From Klebsormidium nitens (taxonomy: Eukaryota; Plantae; Klebsormidiophyceae), in the NCBI GenBank assembly GCA_000708835.1, contig DF237140.1, forward strand, positions 86,875-150,874: a DNA stretch of 64,000 bases, read 5' to 3'. Position numbers and translations under genes: made by a program. The notes below the pieces were generated by a model, which saw nothing but the letters and a program-made list of their open reading frames with translations, searched no databases and was not told the origin of the DNA. This document shows positions 51,801 through 64,000 of this stretch, piece after piece (within the stretch, counting starts at the first letter, position 1; each line of letters begins with the position of its first letter).

Positions 51801-54800
51801 TTTGCTCCTTCGGGAATCTTATTAAGAAGCAAATAAATTGTTTTCCAAAAGCGAATCGCCCTTGCCCATGTCAATGTTTTAGACTATATTTGCTATGTGT
51901 GTTCCGCGTGAGAGGGTCTAGAAAGCTTGTTTCGGCTGCGAAAGAGTACGATTGCCAAGGAGAAACTGGAGGCCATGCAATCGACCGGAGGCGAGGGATG
52001 GGCACAACGCAAAGCTTCAGGCAAGGAAGAGCCGGTTTTCCGGTTGGTGCAATAAGGAGGCAACATTGGAATCAGCTAAAAAGGCTTTCCTTCAATTAAG
52101 CCCTCGGCTTTGACTTTCAGCAAACCCGAGCCTAATTTCAGAAGCAACAAGTTGGCGCCGGGTTTGATAGTTTGGTTCCTGGAAGTTAATAATCCGCTCT
52201 TGAACGGGGGCTTAACTCCGAATCCCCCACCGTTTCGAGCGAACGCTCTTGTTTCAGTCGGCTGCGGCTTGGCCTCAAATGAAAGCCGCCCTCCGCGCGC
52301 GCTAGAAGGGCATGCTGAAGCAGCAGAAAGACGGAGGTGAAGCAGTCGCACCCCCACCTTCCTATCGCTTCGCGACACAATTGCTCCCAACGATCTTCAC
52401 CGTTAACGAGCGCGTTTGTATGGGTTTGGTTCGATTTCAGCTCGAACACGAGACGGTTGAACTTTTTATCACGATTATCAGACGATTCCAGTCTTGTTTC
52501 GTACTTGACTCAAAACATTTATTTAGAAGTAGCCAACACGAGCCTCTGGACAAGACCGACAGCATCCGGACAAGCCTCGGACGTGGTCCAGACTTTTCTG
52601 GGCAGATATAACAGCTTCGCGCATCCGGGTCAAAGATGTTGATCTAAGTCGCTCTGAGAAACACAGAACATGATTTTACTAGTCATTGAAAGCTGCGGCA
52701 TTCTCCCCTAGATGTCCACTTCCTGATAGGAGACCCCGAATTTGTGGGTGCACCATCGCCGAATACGAAGTTCGAAAGAGCCAGTTTGTTTCCGGCCAAC
52801 GGGCTTTTAGTGGCCTCTCATCAATCAAATTGTTTCATGCTTACCAGAAAGCAGCCTAGCGCAGCTTAAGAATCGGCTCATTTACATGGCGACAAGCATT
52901 ATCTCTATCAATAATCGTACAACATAACAAATCAGCATAATTTCCAAGAAGCCCGTACGAACCCCGTGATTGATTCCTAACAGCTTCAGGCGCTTCATAC
53001 TGATCGCTGCGACTAACGTAGTCGACGTCGAAGCGCGTATACCTGACATCGACAGAGCTTCAGTTCTTCCAAATACCGGGCGCTCACAACGGCTACTTGT
53101 TCTAAATAAATAGGAAGCCTCGGTGACTGTGGGTATATGCACCGTGAGTTTGAACCAGAGACGAGGCGGACATAGTAAAGCTGGAAGGGGAAGCGAGGAA
53201 AGGATGCGACAGGTGGATTCGAAGGCAGAAAAAGGCGGCCGTCAATCATGCGCTCATTATTGTGTGGACGATCTTATGCAGAGCCACAGAACCTCCTCGA
53301 GTCCTCAGCAGTCAGTACGCCCGCTCTTGGACCCGCCAGAAAAAGTTCGGAACCGTCGATCGATGGGGGCAGCCCCCAACTTTGACCCTCTGGATCGTCC
53401 GATGGGGTTAGCATTAAATGCTCTCTGGCAACCGCAGATGTGGACCCTAAAGTTTGCTGGCGACGCGCCCTCCGGTAATTAGAGTAAGGGCGTCGCTGCG
53501 TTCCGGAACTTTTGTCTTGACACAGCCTGCCAACTGGGCACAGAAAAGGACGGTGGTGTCAAAGCCCCAGAAGCGTGCGTACTGACTGTCAGTCATCAGT
53601 GCAAACCTACCGTTACAAAGAAGGGAAACGAATTGAATTGGTAAATTCAGAGACAGAATCTACTTAACCGCAAAGGAGTACAACAGCTTTGCAACGAGCC
53701 CCGCAGCGAAAGAACTTCCTTTTTCGAAGACTGAGGGATGCAGGTTGTGCTTCCGAAAAGAAAGCCTTGTACTGCCCAGCGCATGCGCGCAACAATTCCT
53801 GGCGTCACCAAAAACCGCGGAACTCTTGATGGATGGCACCCCAGGCGCAAGTGATCATCGCCACTATTTGATCGAACTCTGGTTTTAGACCACTGGCAGC
53901 AGGTAGAGTTTGACACGGAAAATTTTAGGGCATTCAATCGAAGAAGCGCGCACCGCGGCCGCGCGCCAGCCAACGGCCGGGGACAGCTGCGAACCCCACG
54001 AAGCTCTTCAAGTGCGCTTCATACCGTTTGTCAGATCACTTGGGTTTGATTCAACACGTCCGGGAGAAAGCTGAGCACCCTTGCTTTGGTCTTGTAGCTT
54101 TACCGTGGAACTTATGGAAGCGAGGCAAAGGGTCCCCATCGACAACGGCCGATTCTTTAGCAGCTTCGTCTCCTCATGCATTTCTGTTTCACCGAGCTTT
54201 TCAAAGCACCCACGATCGCGAGAAGCAGCGTGCTTTTAACGTTGGTTTTCATCGAATAGGCAGAGGTTAAATAGACCTCGAGAACCGGGCGTCTCAATCG
54301 CGCGAAGGGTCAGGGATCCTGCATGTACATACACGTTTCATTTGGAATCTCGACCCACCCTGTAGGGAACATTTGGACTCACGTCGAATCCAGAAGCTTT
54401 GCGATTGCATATCAGATACGGCCATTTATCCGTTCGCGCAAATACTGCGGCCTTTGACGTATTCTAAGGAGCGCTTTGCTCTTGTTTCCCCTCATGCGTG
54501 TGTTTGAGACGCGAAGGCTTCAGATTGGTCACCATGCTTAAGGGCGCCTTGGACCTTGCCTCAAGCCCAACGTGGATTTGATCATTGCCCGAAGATCGAC
54601 TGAGACAAAGACTGCGTACCTTAAACGGGACGCCACGGATATATGAAGCTTGTCCTTTCGCAGATATTATCCTCAATAATATAGAAATATGGTGCCTGCA
54701 AGACTCAGGTTGCAGGATATGCGGATTTTGGCTTTCCAAATGAAGGCAGTCGCAGATTGTAAGCACACATTGTAAGTACTTGACAAAGCACGCCGCGGCA

Positions 54801-57800
54801 ATTCAAGATCCTCAGTCCACCATCAAACAAGTAAAAGTTGAATCGAAAGACAAGGTATAGTATTACGAGCCGCGCCCACTTGAGGACATAGTTTGATGAC
54901 ATCAAGTCTCAAACTTGGTCACTTGGCAAGTCGACCATCATCAGTGAATGGGCAAGTAAAGGTGGCGCGCGCGTTGGGTGCGCGCGCTGCTTGTGGGCCC
55001 GCGGGGGAGCACTAGGGGGGAATTCTCGTCATACACGCGTCCAAGATTCTGAAAGCTAAAACTTCAAATAAAATTGTAGTCAGCTCAAAAGAGCCTCATC
55101 ACTCTATTCTTGGCAGCTTCGGCTCAACAAGAGAAGACGACGTTTGACAGGATCTGCCAGTAGCCTGATGTAATAGTTCATAGCCAACTCAATACAAATT
55201 CTCACCAAGGGCCCTCAAAGCGAACTTGGGTACAGCGTGAAAAAAGATCTGATCACAGTGCAAGAAAGGACCTCCTTCGACCTCGACGAATAACTAAGGC
55301 GCGGGCCGTAATGCAGGAATCCGGCCGAGCATAGGCAACAATTTTCAAGGTGCCGGGCAGCGAAGGCGGCCAAGCGTCAATCCTGCGCTGTTACACCACC
55401 TCGATCAATGATTCTGTGCAGCGCGCCGCAAAGAATTTTCAATGGAAATAAATTGTCGAGAGATTGAAAATAAGCTTATGAAAACAGGTTACACCTAAAA
55501 TAAAAAGGTGTACGAGCCTCAAGAGGAGCGCCGCAGCAATCTCTGACGACAATCGGCAACCTGTAAGCCTGTAACTTCAGGTCGTGTTTTGAGCACAAGT
55601 TCAAAGCCCAACGGAGGGATGCCCGATAGCTGGCGTCCGAATTGTCCAGGCCACAACACTGGGATGGCATCCCAGGTTCAAAAATATCCTTGCCGCTTCC
55701 GATCGTACGTTTCTCTCTGGTCTACTGAGCATGCAGAGCCGACAGAAATACTTATGGGAGCCACTTGGAATAAGAAGGACGCGCACGCGCGCGCCGGCGG
55801 ATGGAGCTCAAGCTACGAACGAACGGAGCAAATCAGGATACATTTTGCCAGACATTTCAGATGATATGAAGAAGTTGTAAAGCTGCAGTCTGCCCTGCGA
55901 CAAAACCTTGGCCGTTTGCAAGCACCATTTTTTCAAAATCCTCACCAGGCACTATAACGAGGGGGCTCATTGGTTCAGAGAAAGCCTCAAAAAGGTACCC
56001 AAAGAGCCAATGACAAAGCTGTCAGTGCCGCTTCGCACGGAATAGTCGCCCTCAACGCCTTCCACTATGATGAATGCTTACATGACTGCAACCATGGCAG
56101 GCTTCGCAGTAATCTGCCAGACCAATGTACGCTATCAGTGACGCGCCAGAGACGAAAAGATGGATGTTTTCAGATCATTGCCCGACATTTGATACAAAGA
56201 CAGCGCCGTTGATGAACAGGAGCGCCAGGACCGCTTGAAGCTACGTTGGCTTGATCCAAACATTGATTCGGCGCGAAAGTGGAATCGGAGTACTACTTAG
56301 GACGTTGTAGGACATGAATGCCCTTCCAAAGATGGAACGTATCCACATGAGACGGTTATGAGCACCTTCGCGCACAAAATTCGGATCAAAACTGAGCACG
56401 GTGTAGTACTATAGCTAGGTCCTCAACAGATGCGTCGAACAAGTAGGAACGTCCCAGAGGAAGAATTCAGGCCACGCCGAGGGGTCGGATGCTGGCCAGA
56501 CTGCAACTCAAGCGTCTTTCGCTCTTCTCAATCTGCTTCAAACAGCGGTAAAACGTTCGCAGAAAGGCAAGTACTGGTTCCTGCAAAACACCAGGGAACA
56601 AGGAGCTGTTTGTCTGCCCGCGTACCTGCGCGCGCGACGTCTACGTCACACCCTGATGCCTCTGCGCGCGCGGCCGGGGCGCGCACCAATTTGCTACAAG
56701 CGGAAAACTACTTTTCAGGTGGTGAGCTGTTGCTGCCGGACCGGTGCAGAGTTCCTTGAACACAACGGTTGGGACCACATCCGTGCACCCTCAAGTTTGA
56801 CACGGACCTCAGACCACCGGCAGTTCTCGTTCATGTAATCTGATCAGCGATGGAGCTTCAGTCGATGGTCTGGAGCGTCCTCTGATGACACTGCGGTCAC
56901 CTGCTGTGGTTCGATCCTTCCTCGCCAAAAGGAGAGATCTGAAGCCCTCCATCATGACGCAAGCCGATCTTTCAAATACAGTGAGCCCTCTGCAACAACT
57001 CCTCTGTACCTCAGTTCGACTCTGAAATCGTCTTTTTCATTCAAACCAAAGTGTCAGCCGGGACGGAATGGCACAATTGTTACGGTTTGACATCTTGAAA
57101 TATAATCACCGCTACTATCACGACCTGTTCAGGCCGACAAAGCAGACGAAGTGCAGTCCTTCTGAATCCGAAACTGGGAACATGTATAAGACATTACTTT
57201 TGGACCTTCCGATTGACTCTTCAATCAAAATTTCAGGCAGACCCCCAGAATTGGCACGTCCATCAGTTTGAGGCATTCATAGGATGGAGACGCTCTCAAT
57301 CGACGAGGGAGAGCTAATTATGCGCGGAGTTTCATGGATCCGGAGAAGAAGATCCATTCTGAAAGGAAAGGTCTGAATGAGTTCAGCCCGTTCGCTGAGC
57401 CATTCGCGAACCAAAAGTACGAAAAGTAAGACAGCCCAACTGGTTCCCCCTCGCAAGTGACGAGGTTTGTAACCTATTGCCATCCACGAGGTCAAAGAGG
57501 GCCAAGATAAACTTCTTGATGTTTTTTTTGTAGCTTTCATACCAATTTGACCGCCTCGATAATGAACAGTGTCAGCCTATTGATCGACGACTTCAATTTT
57601 TGAGGCGTCGCCCTGGCAGTCCATGAATTAACAAGGACGACGCTTATAAGCCCATTCTCGAGCCAGCAAACCAGGCCACCTTCTATGATGCAAAGCAGTG
57701 ACTATCTCAGCTCATCCACCGGTAGGAAATTGAAAAATTATGCACCGACTTATGAAGAGGAGAGGCCCGAATAGCGTTGGAAACCCTCCGGTTGTGCTGA

Positions 57801-58000
57801 CCTGTTACTTTCCAGAACCTCTCCTTTGTTGATCTGGTACCGTGGGCTTCAGAAGATCAGTAGGTCCGTGACACTTTAGTCGTCATGTCACAAAACGATG
57901 CCCCATCCTCGCCCAACGAAGAAAGGATAGAGGTCGTGACTGATTAGCAAGCCCAGAGAATTTCGGACCTCACAAAGCCTCTTCGACTTCTTAATCAAGC
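39850..58000. repeat. Old ~9-9.8 kb tandem segmental duplication (about 39.85-48.7 kb vs 48.85-58 kb)
   Basis: Collinear anchors 40200/48983, 41120/49846, 42270/51288, 42680/51700, 43905/52878, 45227/54989, 47600/57360. Confidence 0.85.
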
Positions 58001-61000
58001 CTCCAGCTTTCTCTGCCTTGCATCACCAACACGCTGCATGAGCCTGAGCACCCAATTGAACTGTCGCCCTCCACTCTATTGGCCAGAACTACCTTTTGCG
58101 AACTTGATTTGGATAATTATATACGCTGGTAAACCTTTTGACGATAAGAATTTACTCTGGAACAAATCCCGTCTGCTTCATTAAAAAGGCTCCGGCGAAG
58201 CATGGCGCTCGCAAGAGAACTCCTAGGCAATGCTTTCAGCCCATGAGGGTGCCAGCTTCACGGCCTGTGAAAATATGGTAAGAGACTCCCGGCAAAACCG
58301 GCATAACCCTCGACTTTTAGACAAGCTGACAAAACGAACGCGGCCGCACTAGCGACAGGATCGTAAGGGTTTTTCTTGGACAAGAACTACCAGGCCGTCA
58401 TCAGAGATATAGCAGTTCGCGCTTGGGCTTGGGTTCCGGATGAGCCCCATCTTCCTAGCCCAGCACATGACTCGACTATGTTGAAATGGTATTGGGGCGA
58501 AGAAAGGATTATGACCATCTGGCGCAACAGGTCACAGTGTTTTGGACACGAGGATGAGGAAAACAAGTGGCAGACGTGAAGTCTAGTAAGCCGTTTTTTG
58601 ATATATGGATACGAGTTACAACTTGGAGACTTAGTCTACGGCCTGGTCATCTGAGACCACGCGCGAGTTGCGAATGGCGCGAACTCAATCAATTTCAAGT
58701 ATCACCATCCAGAAAAATCTCTGGAATTGCTTTCGTCAAAAGGGACCGGGCTGACTGGCTGCAAAAAACAAACACAGAAACGCCGCACAAACCGTCATCT
58801 CAGGCGTGCAAGTTGGCATGTACTCTGATCAGCTCTCGACTCTAGAAATCCCAAATCGCTTGACGAGCGCTTGTAATTGATTGCAATTGCGATGGTAAGC
58901 CTGACGGACTCACAGGGGATTCTCAACAAGCGGTTTTAGGGTTTTATCTAGATCCTCTCCAGAGATTTGCTTTGAAGGAGCAACATGTGATAGCCGTCCA
59001 TGTGTCACGTCACGCATACTACAACCGGGCTACACGAGCCGAGACGAAGGAGTTATGCACGCTCATACGAAGACGGGACTCCAAGAAAGGAGCTCCTCCA
59101 ATCGCTCTCTGGGCTTCAGTGTCTTCACTTTCTTCCGGACAACTTATTGGCTTTCCTCGCCAAGGACAGAATCCTCCAGGCCCTCAACAGATTCGGGCTT
59201 TCCTGTATAGAGGCTTAAAGCGAGGGCAAAGAAGTTAGGCACCCGCCGTCAGCGCCAAGGGTTAAAGAAAGACTGCCGCAGCTTTTGGCGGGGAGCAGCG
59301 AGCCAAAAGGCACGTGATCGGCCAAACTTTGCCGCACGCCTTCCACTTCCGCACTCCAGAGACCTGCCGAAACTGGCCAGCGCGCGCATCCTATATACAT
59401 GCATGTAGGACGGATGCGTAATCACCGGCCCTTATATAAGCAGCCTGTCACCTGAAGAAGAAAGACCTGAAAGACTTTTGATGAATTAGGGGAGGGGATC
59501 ATGGACCAGAGGAGATTATCCACGCTGAGAAGAACAGCAAAGTTTTATTATCCTTCCATCCATAAGCAGTGCCTTCATCCGTTGCAAGGGCATCAACAAG
59601 AACATCAGGACACCTTTCGGTTCGCTCTACGTCAAAAGCGCCGACGTCATCGGATCGTTGCCCGGACTCTGAAGCGCATGAAGCTGGACCAGATGTACGA
59701 ATATGGGGACTGAAGTAAATCGCGTGAAATGGTTGGGGCTCCGAAAACCCATCGGCAGCCCGCGAGCTTTCGTAGCTCTCTCGCATACGAGTCTGACTAG
59801 TACAAACGTTCGAAGGGCGTCACTGCACCGAACGAGACAGTGCTTGTGGAATGCTAATTTCAAGCCGCGGCTCTGCTGCTAAGATTTACATCGTTATTGA
59901 TTTTCCGAACAATTGCTCGTCTGTGGGAACCTGAAAAAGAATTCAAAAACAGTGGGTTGCCTCATCGACAGACGTATGAGTCACTGGAATAAAGAGGGCT
60001 CAACGCCTGAGCACGTGGGGTGAATCTAGCAAAGTCGAATCTCTGTACCAACATCTGTGGAAGCAAGAGTTACGTTCCGTACCGACGGCATCAGGTTCAG
60101 AATCGAAGACCTAATTTAGGAGCTAGGCTCTGAAACGGCGCCCCTGTCCTGATTATCCAGCACAGGGTTTTTTGGCGGTTAACCACAGTCGGTCACGGGC
60201 TGGTTCAAAGCTGGTTAACTGTCTAACGACCAGACTCGAGCAGTAACCAGGTTAACTACCACACTAAACATGGCTATAACGCGGTTATTGAGCAACGAAC
60301 CAGACTGAATTTTGGTTATCGAACCTGGGTAGCAACCAAACCTTCCTGTGGCAGGCCTACGACTTCGAGAAACGCGATCAGTCCTAGAGGCTAGCTTTCG
60401 CAACTACGTCTCTGGAAACAAGCAACACTATCGTATAAAGAGAAGCAGACTGACTCGGAACTTGTTTGATGACTTGTATTGATCTTGCATGGGGAATGTT
60501 CTGGTCGAGGGCGTTTTCTTTGTGGCCCTAGAAGTTGGTTCTCCACCGGTCCCCATGGGAATTGCTCCCAGATACGATACTTCCTCGCCATTTACTTGGT
60601 CAGAAAAGGCGTTCGCCAATCTTTTACTTTAGACGTGCTGCATAAACGGATTGCAATATAAACTTTGCTCCTGAACGACGCTATACTTGAAAGGGCGTGC
60701 CGCCCCGGTCGTCTTTGAGCAGTCGATACTTGGAAACAGAATCCTAAACGAAACGCAAAACGCGATCTGAATGCGAGGTGTATTTGGGAGTGCCTAATCG
60801 TTCAAAAGCTGCAATCTTCGGAGCCAACAGAATCTTGCGGACTTCGGGATACAGGTTCTCAAAAAGGTGTTCTTTCCGACTTTACCCAGAAGAAGAGACA
60901 ACAAAGGAGCTCGGCACTGCCTCGAAGATTCGGAACACCAACTTACTTGCATGCTTATGATCCAGAAAAATTTCGATCTCTTTGTACATTCTTCAACTTT

Positions 61001-61489
61001 GGCACGAAGCCTAGAAGGTATCCGATTCCGGAGGCTTTAAGTTGGACCGACACGCACACAGCTTCTGAAAAGGATTGCGCACAGCACTTTCTGCATCCAA
61101 GGCGCCAGGCTTCGGGACTCGGACTCCTTACTGACAGGTTTTGCCGGAATTACATCCAGCTCATGGCCGTGCAGGTCTTTGAAATGTTCGAAAGGCGACC
61201 GGTCGACACAATGGGCCGAAGGAGCTGGGCAGTGGAAATCTTTTCAGAGGCACCACCGTATACTGAGCGAGACGAACACACGCAATTCCATGCGAGAGAA
61301 AGCCCTAAGCGTGTATAACCGTCCAAATACGTATACGGTCCTTTCCTTGAAACGAAGTGTCCACGTCCATACGGGAGATGAGCCCCACGTTCCTGACAAA
61401 AAGGTCTGCCAGCAGGTCTTCCCGACATCTGTCTGGCAGTCTTCAAAGTCTACGGCGGCGACTTTGAAGACGGCCGCTCATCCTTCGGA

Positions 61490-61570
61490 ATTGTCCCCCT
61501 AGTTGCATCGTGCTTGGAGAAACCATATCATTGTCCCCCTAGTTGCATCGTGCTTGCAGAAACCATATCA
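61490..61570 (+). repeat. 2 x 40-bp tandem duplication with one mismatch
   Basis: ATTGTCCCCCTAGTTGCATCGTGCTTG(G/C)AGAAACCATATC twice. Confidence 0.9.
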
Positions 61571-64000
61571 CTCTCGAGCGAACCATCCCTATACTAGCGA
61601 GCTACCTTCCGAGTTACTTGAAACATTCGTGCAGAATCCTAGCGGTCTGCATATTGATTACAAGACATGATGATAACAGTAAATCTTGTCAAAGTCTACG
61701 ACTGTAGGCCATTCCAGACATCAACCCTGTCAAGAGCGAGCCCTGTCGGTCAATGCTTCAGCCGGCGGTTTATTTTGGCATTTACCCCCTTGCTTAATAT
61801 GAGCCGCTGCTTTCGATGGACTTTGACCGATGGCAGTTACCCATATGATGCACCACCAGAGGGCTCCAGCTGTACACCAGCTGTTATCCGTACACGATTG
61901 AGCTGTAAGCTCACCGCTTTGCCGCCTCAACAGTACAGTTCCTTGCCCAAAACAAAATACAAAAGGATTGTGTAGTGGTAAATGAACATGCCCGTCAGAA
62001 AAACTAAGTTGTCCCCATCGCTTGTGCGAACGGAGTGTGATTCTTTTTGCCAGAAAAGCCGCACCCAAGAGATCAGATGAGGTGAACAGAACTCACGAAG
62101 ATCTTAAGGTTACTTTCTGGCTTTGAAAGGGAGTTGCAAACAATCTAAATGTTGAGAGCAGTTTGAAAGCCTCGGCTTTTGATCCGTGCGGAAGAGTCGA
62201 TGAGGGTACTTATGTTGATGGCGGCGCCTGACAGCCCATGAGCTGACGAGGGCGCGCGCCGGATTTGTGCAATTATCGAGCCAACGAATCATGCATGACT
62301 TAGCTTGCCGTCTTTGTTCAGCAGCAGAAAGGTACTTACTTATTTCAACGGAATGACGCGAAGAAAGGTTAAGAACATTGTACCGACCTGCGAAAATGAA
62401 GCAGAGGTAATGGGCGGACGCCAATTACTTAGTAGCCAATGAGCAGGTTGATCCGCACATGGTTCTTCTCTCTACAGCTAGCGTGGATGCTACCGCTTCG
62501 CTGTCCTCGATCCGGAAGCCCTGAATCTCCGTTCTTCTTTCGCTACCCGGGGCTTCAAGGAAAAGTGAGACCTTTGACGTTATTTCCTTTCAAGATGTTT
62601 CCATCCTCGCCCAACGTTATAAGAGGAGACAAAACGTGGCAATACAAACCCGGGGGCTTTCATACTGCCAATTGAAGGCGTCTTCAACTTGAAGCTTCAG
62701 CGTTTCAGTTCCCTCTCTGACCCAACGCGTTGCTGCAGAAGCGCCCAGGAAAATTGTGACCCATCCCTTCAACTTGCACAAACTTGAAGACCTACGAAGG
62801 AACCTAGATAGGTTGGACCAATACGTTTATTGGTATACATTCTGCGGAAGATGTATAGAGCGAATGTTCCGGGTGCTTCACCAGTTGGCTCCGGGCGAAG
62901 CATGATCTGACGCCGAACATGCAGTTATTGTTGGGCGAATTCAGCCCATCAGCCCGCCAACGTCTTGGCCTTGAGATACCTGATAGAGCACCAGACAAAC
63001 ATTCAACACCTTCCTCCACAATCAAAAGGAGTGAATTTAACACCGCAGCTTTATGATTGTGACACGGAGAGCCTCGGCTTGAGTTTACAATCGCAACAAG
63101 CCGTTCTATGCGAGGGCTTCGGGCATCTGACAGGATCGGCATGGGATTGGCATGGGCTAAATTCCCCAAGTCTTATCTTCCTTGCCCAGCTCAGGAGTTC
63201 ACGCTAAAACGGTACTCCGAGCGAAACAGAAGGATGTGATTGCGCAGTAGGTCACCGTGCCCAGGAGAGAGCTGAGGTATACACTTGTGGCAGAAACGAC
63301 GTCTAGCAAGCGGTTGTGATTGATCTAAGGAGAAATTTTATTGCCATGTTCTTGAAGTTCCTGGTCTCCGTCGAGTCAGTCACGCGCGGACCGCGGATGA
63401 GGTGGATTCCAAGGTCTCTCCTCAAGATATGATGACGATTTGCAATCCAGACAAAGTCCTCAATCCTTCGCACAGAAGGTCCGACTCCACGAAGCTGTAA
63501 GTATAGACATTCCAGCACTCAAGGCGAGCATGCGCCCTTGCTCTGATCAGCTTCTGGGAAAAAACTCCACTGAGAAACTTGAGAACAAAGGTAAGCCCGA
63601 TGGATTCACAGGGGACTCACTGGCGGCGAAGCTGTGGGCTGTCCGGCCGAATACCTAGGAATGTGACGCTCACTTTGTTCCTCAGAGTGAAGGTCTGTTG
63701 AAGTCGAGCTATACGCAGGCATTCGAACGAATAGCAGGCAAATAATTTTGCCCTAGAAGTCTGCCCATCGGTCTTCCAATATCCAGTGTCTTTGTTGACT
63801 TCCAAAAAGTCCGACAAGCATTCGCGTGGTGAAGAGAGAAGACTCTAGTGGCATTCTTTCTTTGCCTTCAAAAGTCGCTACTTCTGCTTCTGAGAAGTGC
63901 TCTCAAGCGGGCGTATCATAGCCGGATCGAATAAAGCGCTGCTTTGAAAAGATGCAATTAAAGAAGTTTTAGGTGAGTAACCTGTTAGAAGTATTTACGC

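Larger units (their letters stand above)
33300..63650 (-). pseudogene. Array of ~10 decayed, same-orientation gene-like units of an unidentified family
   Basis: Recurrent minus-strand peptide relics broken by stops and frameshifts: SLYLPSGL.SIV.SDSG.D.L.L, KVWT...CPDAV, QHLRHALLARAEGAL (34.25, 40.73, 43.31, 49.47, 52.30 kb) and KW.CWL.NG...ALV. Approximate units: 33.3-35.5, 38.3-39.4, 39.85-42.1, 42.25-44.7, 45.45-47.0, 47.5-48.1, 48.85-50.8, 51.25-54.0, 57.3-58.9, 62.2-63.6 kb. A pseudogene origin rather than a mobile-element origin is inference. Confidence 0.55.

Noticed and set aside
60163-60350. hAT-type element starting CAGGGTTTT
   Set aside because: The putative right end (CCAAACCTTCCTG) matches only partly and there is no 8-bp target-site duplication.
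1-64000. tRNA, rRNA, snRNA genes, LTR or LINE coding domains
   Set aside because: No cloverleaf or T-loop signature, rRNA/snRNA consensus, or RT, integrase or transposase motif found by eye. A covariance-model and profile scan was not possible.

Overview
Eukaryotic, intron-rich genomic DNA from a streptophyte. The gene set and intron positions are land-plant-like; a Klebsormidium-like charophyte alga is my inference, not something the sequence proves. The left half (1-31.6 kb) holds six multi-exon genes rebuilt by hand from splice sites and family motifs: a CYP72-clan P450 (5' part, minus), a GT90/DUF821 glycosyltransferase (minus), a plastid-type DedA/VTT membrane protein (plus), a FAX4-like TMEM14 protein (minus) and two head-to-head 7S-vicilin-like bicupin genes. 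Three of these genes repeatedly carry tandem duplications that straddle an exon-intron junction, leaving decoy donors or acceptors in at least eight introns; many units are about 120-150 bp. One cupin gene also has a ~96% identical 119-bp inverted repeat bracketing exons 4-7. The right half (33-64 kb) has no recognisable intact gene. It is a mostly same-orientation array of about 10 decayed 1.5-2.7 kb units of one unidentified family, with a ~9-9.8 kb higher-order period, a retained GC-rich promoter-like module and a few invariant 20-30 nt islands. No tRNA, rRNA, CRISPR array or intact transposase was seen. All alignments were done by eye.
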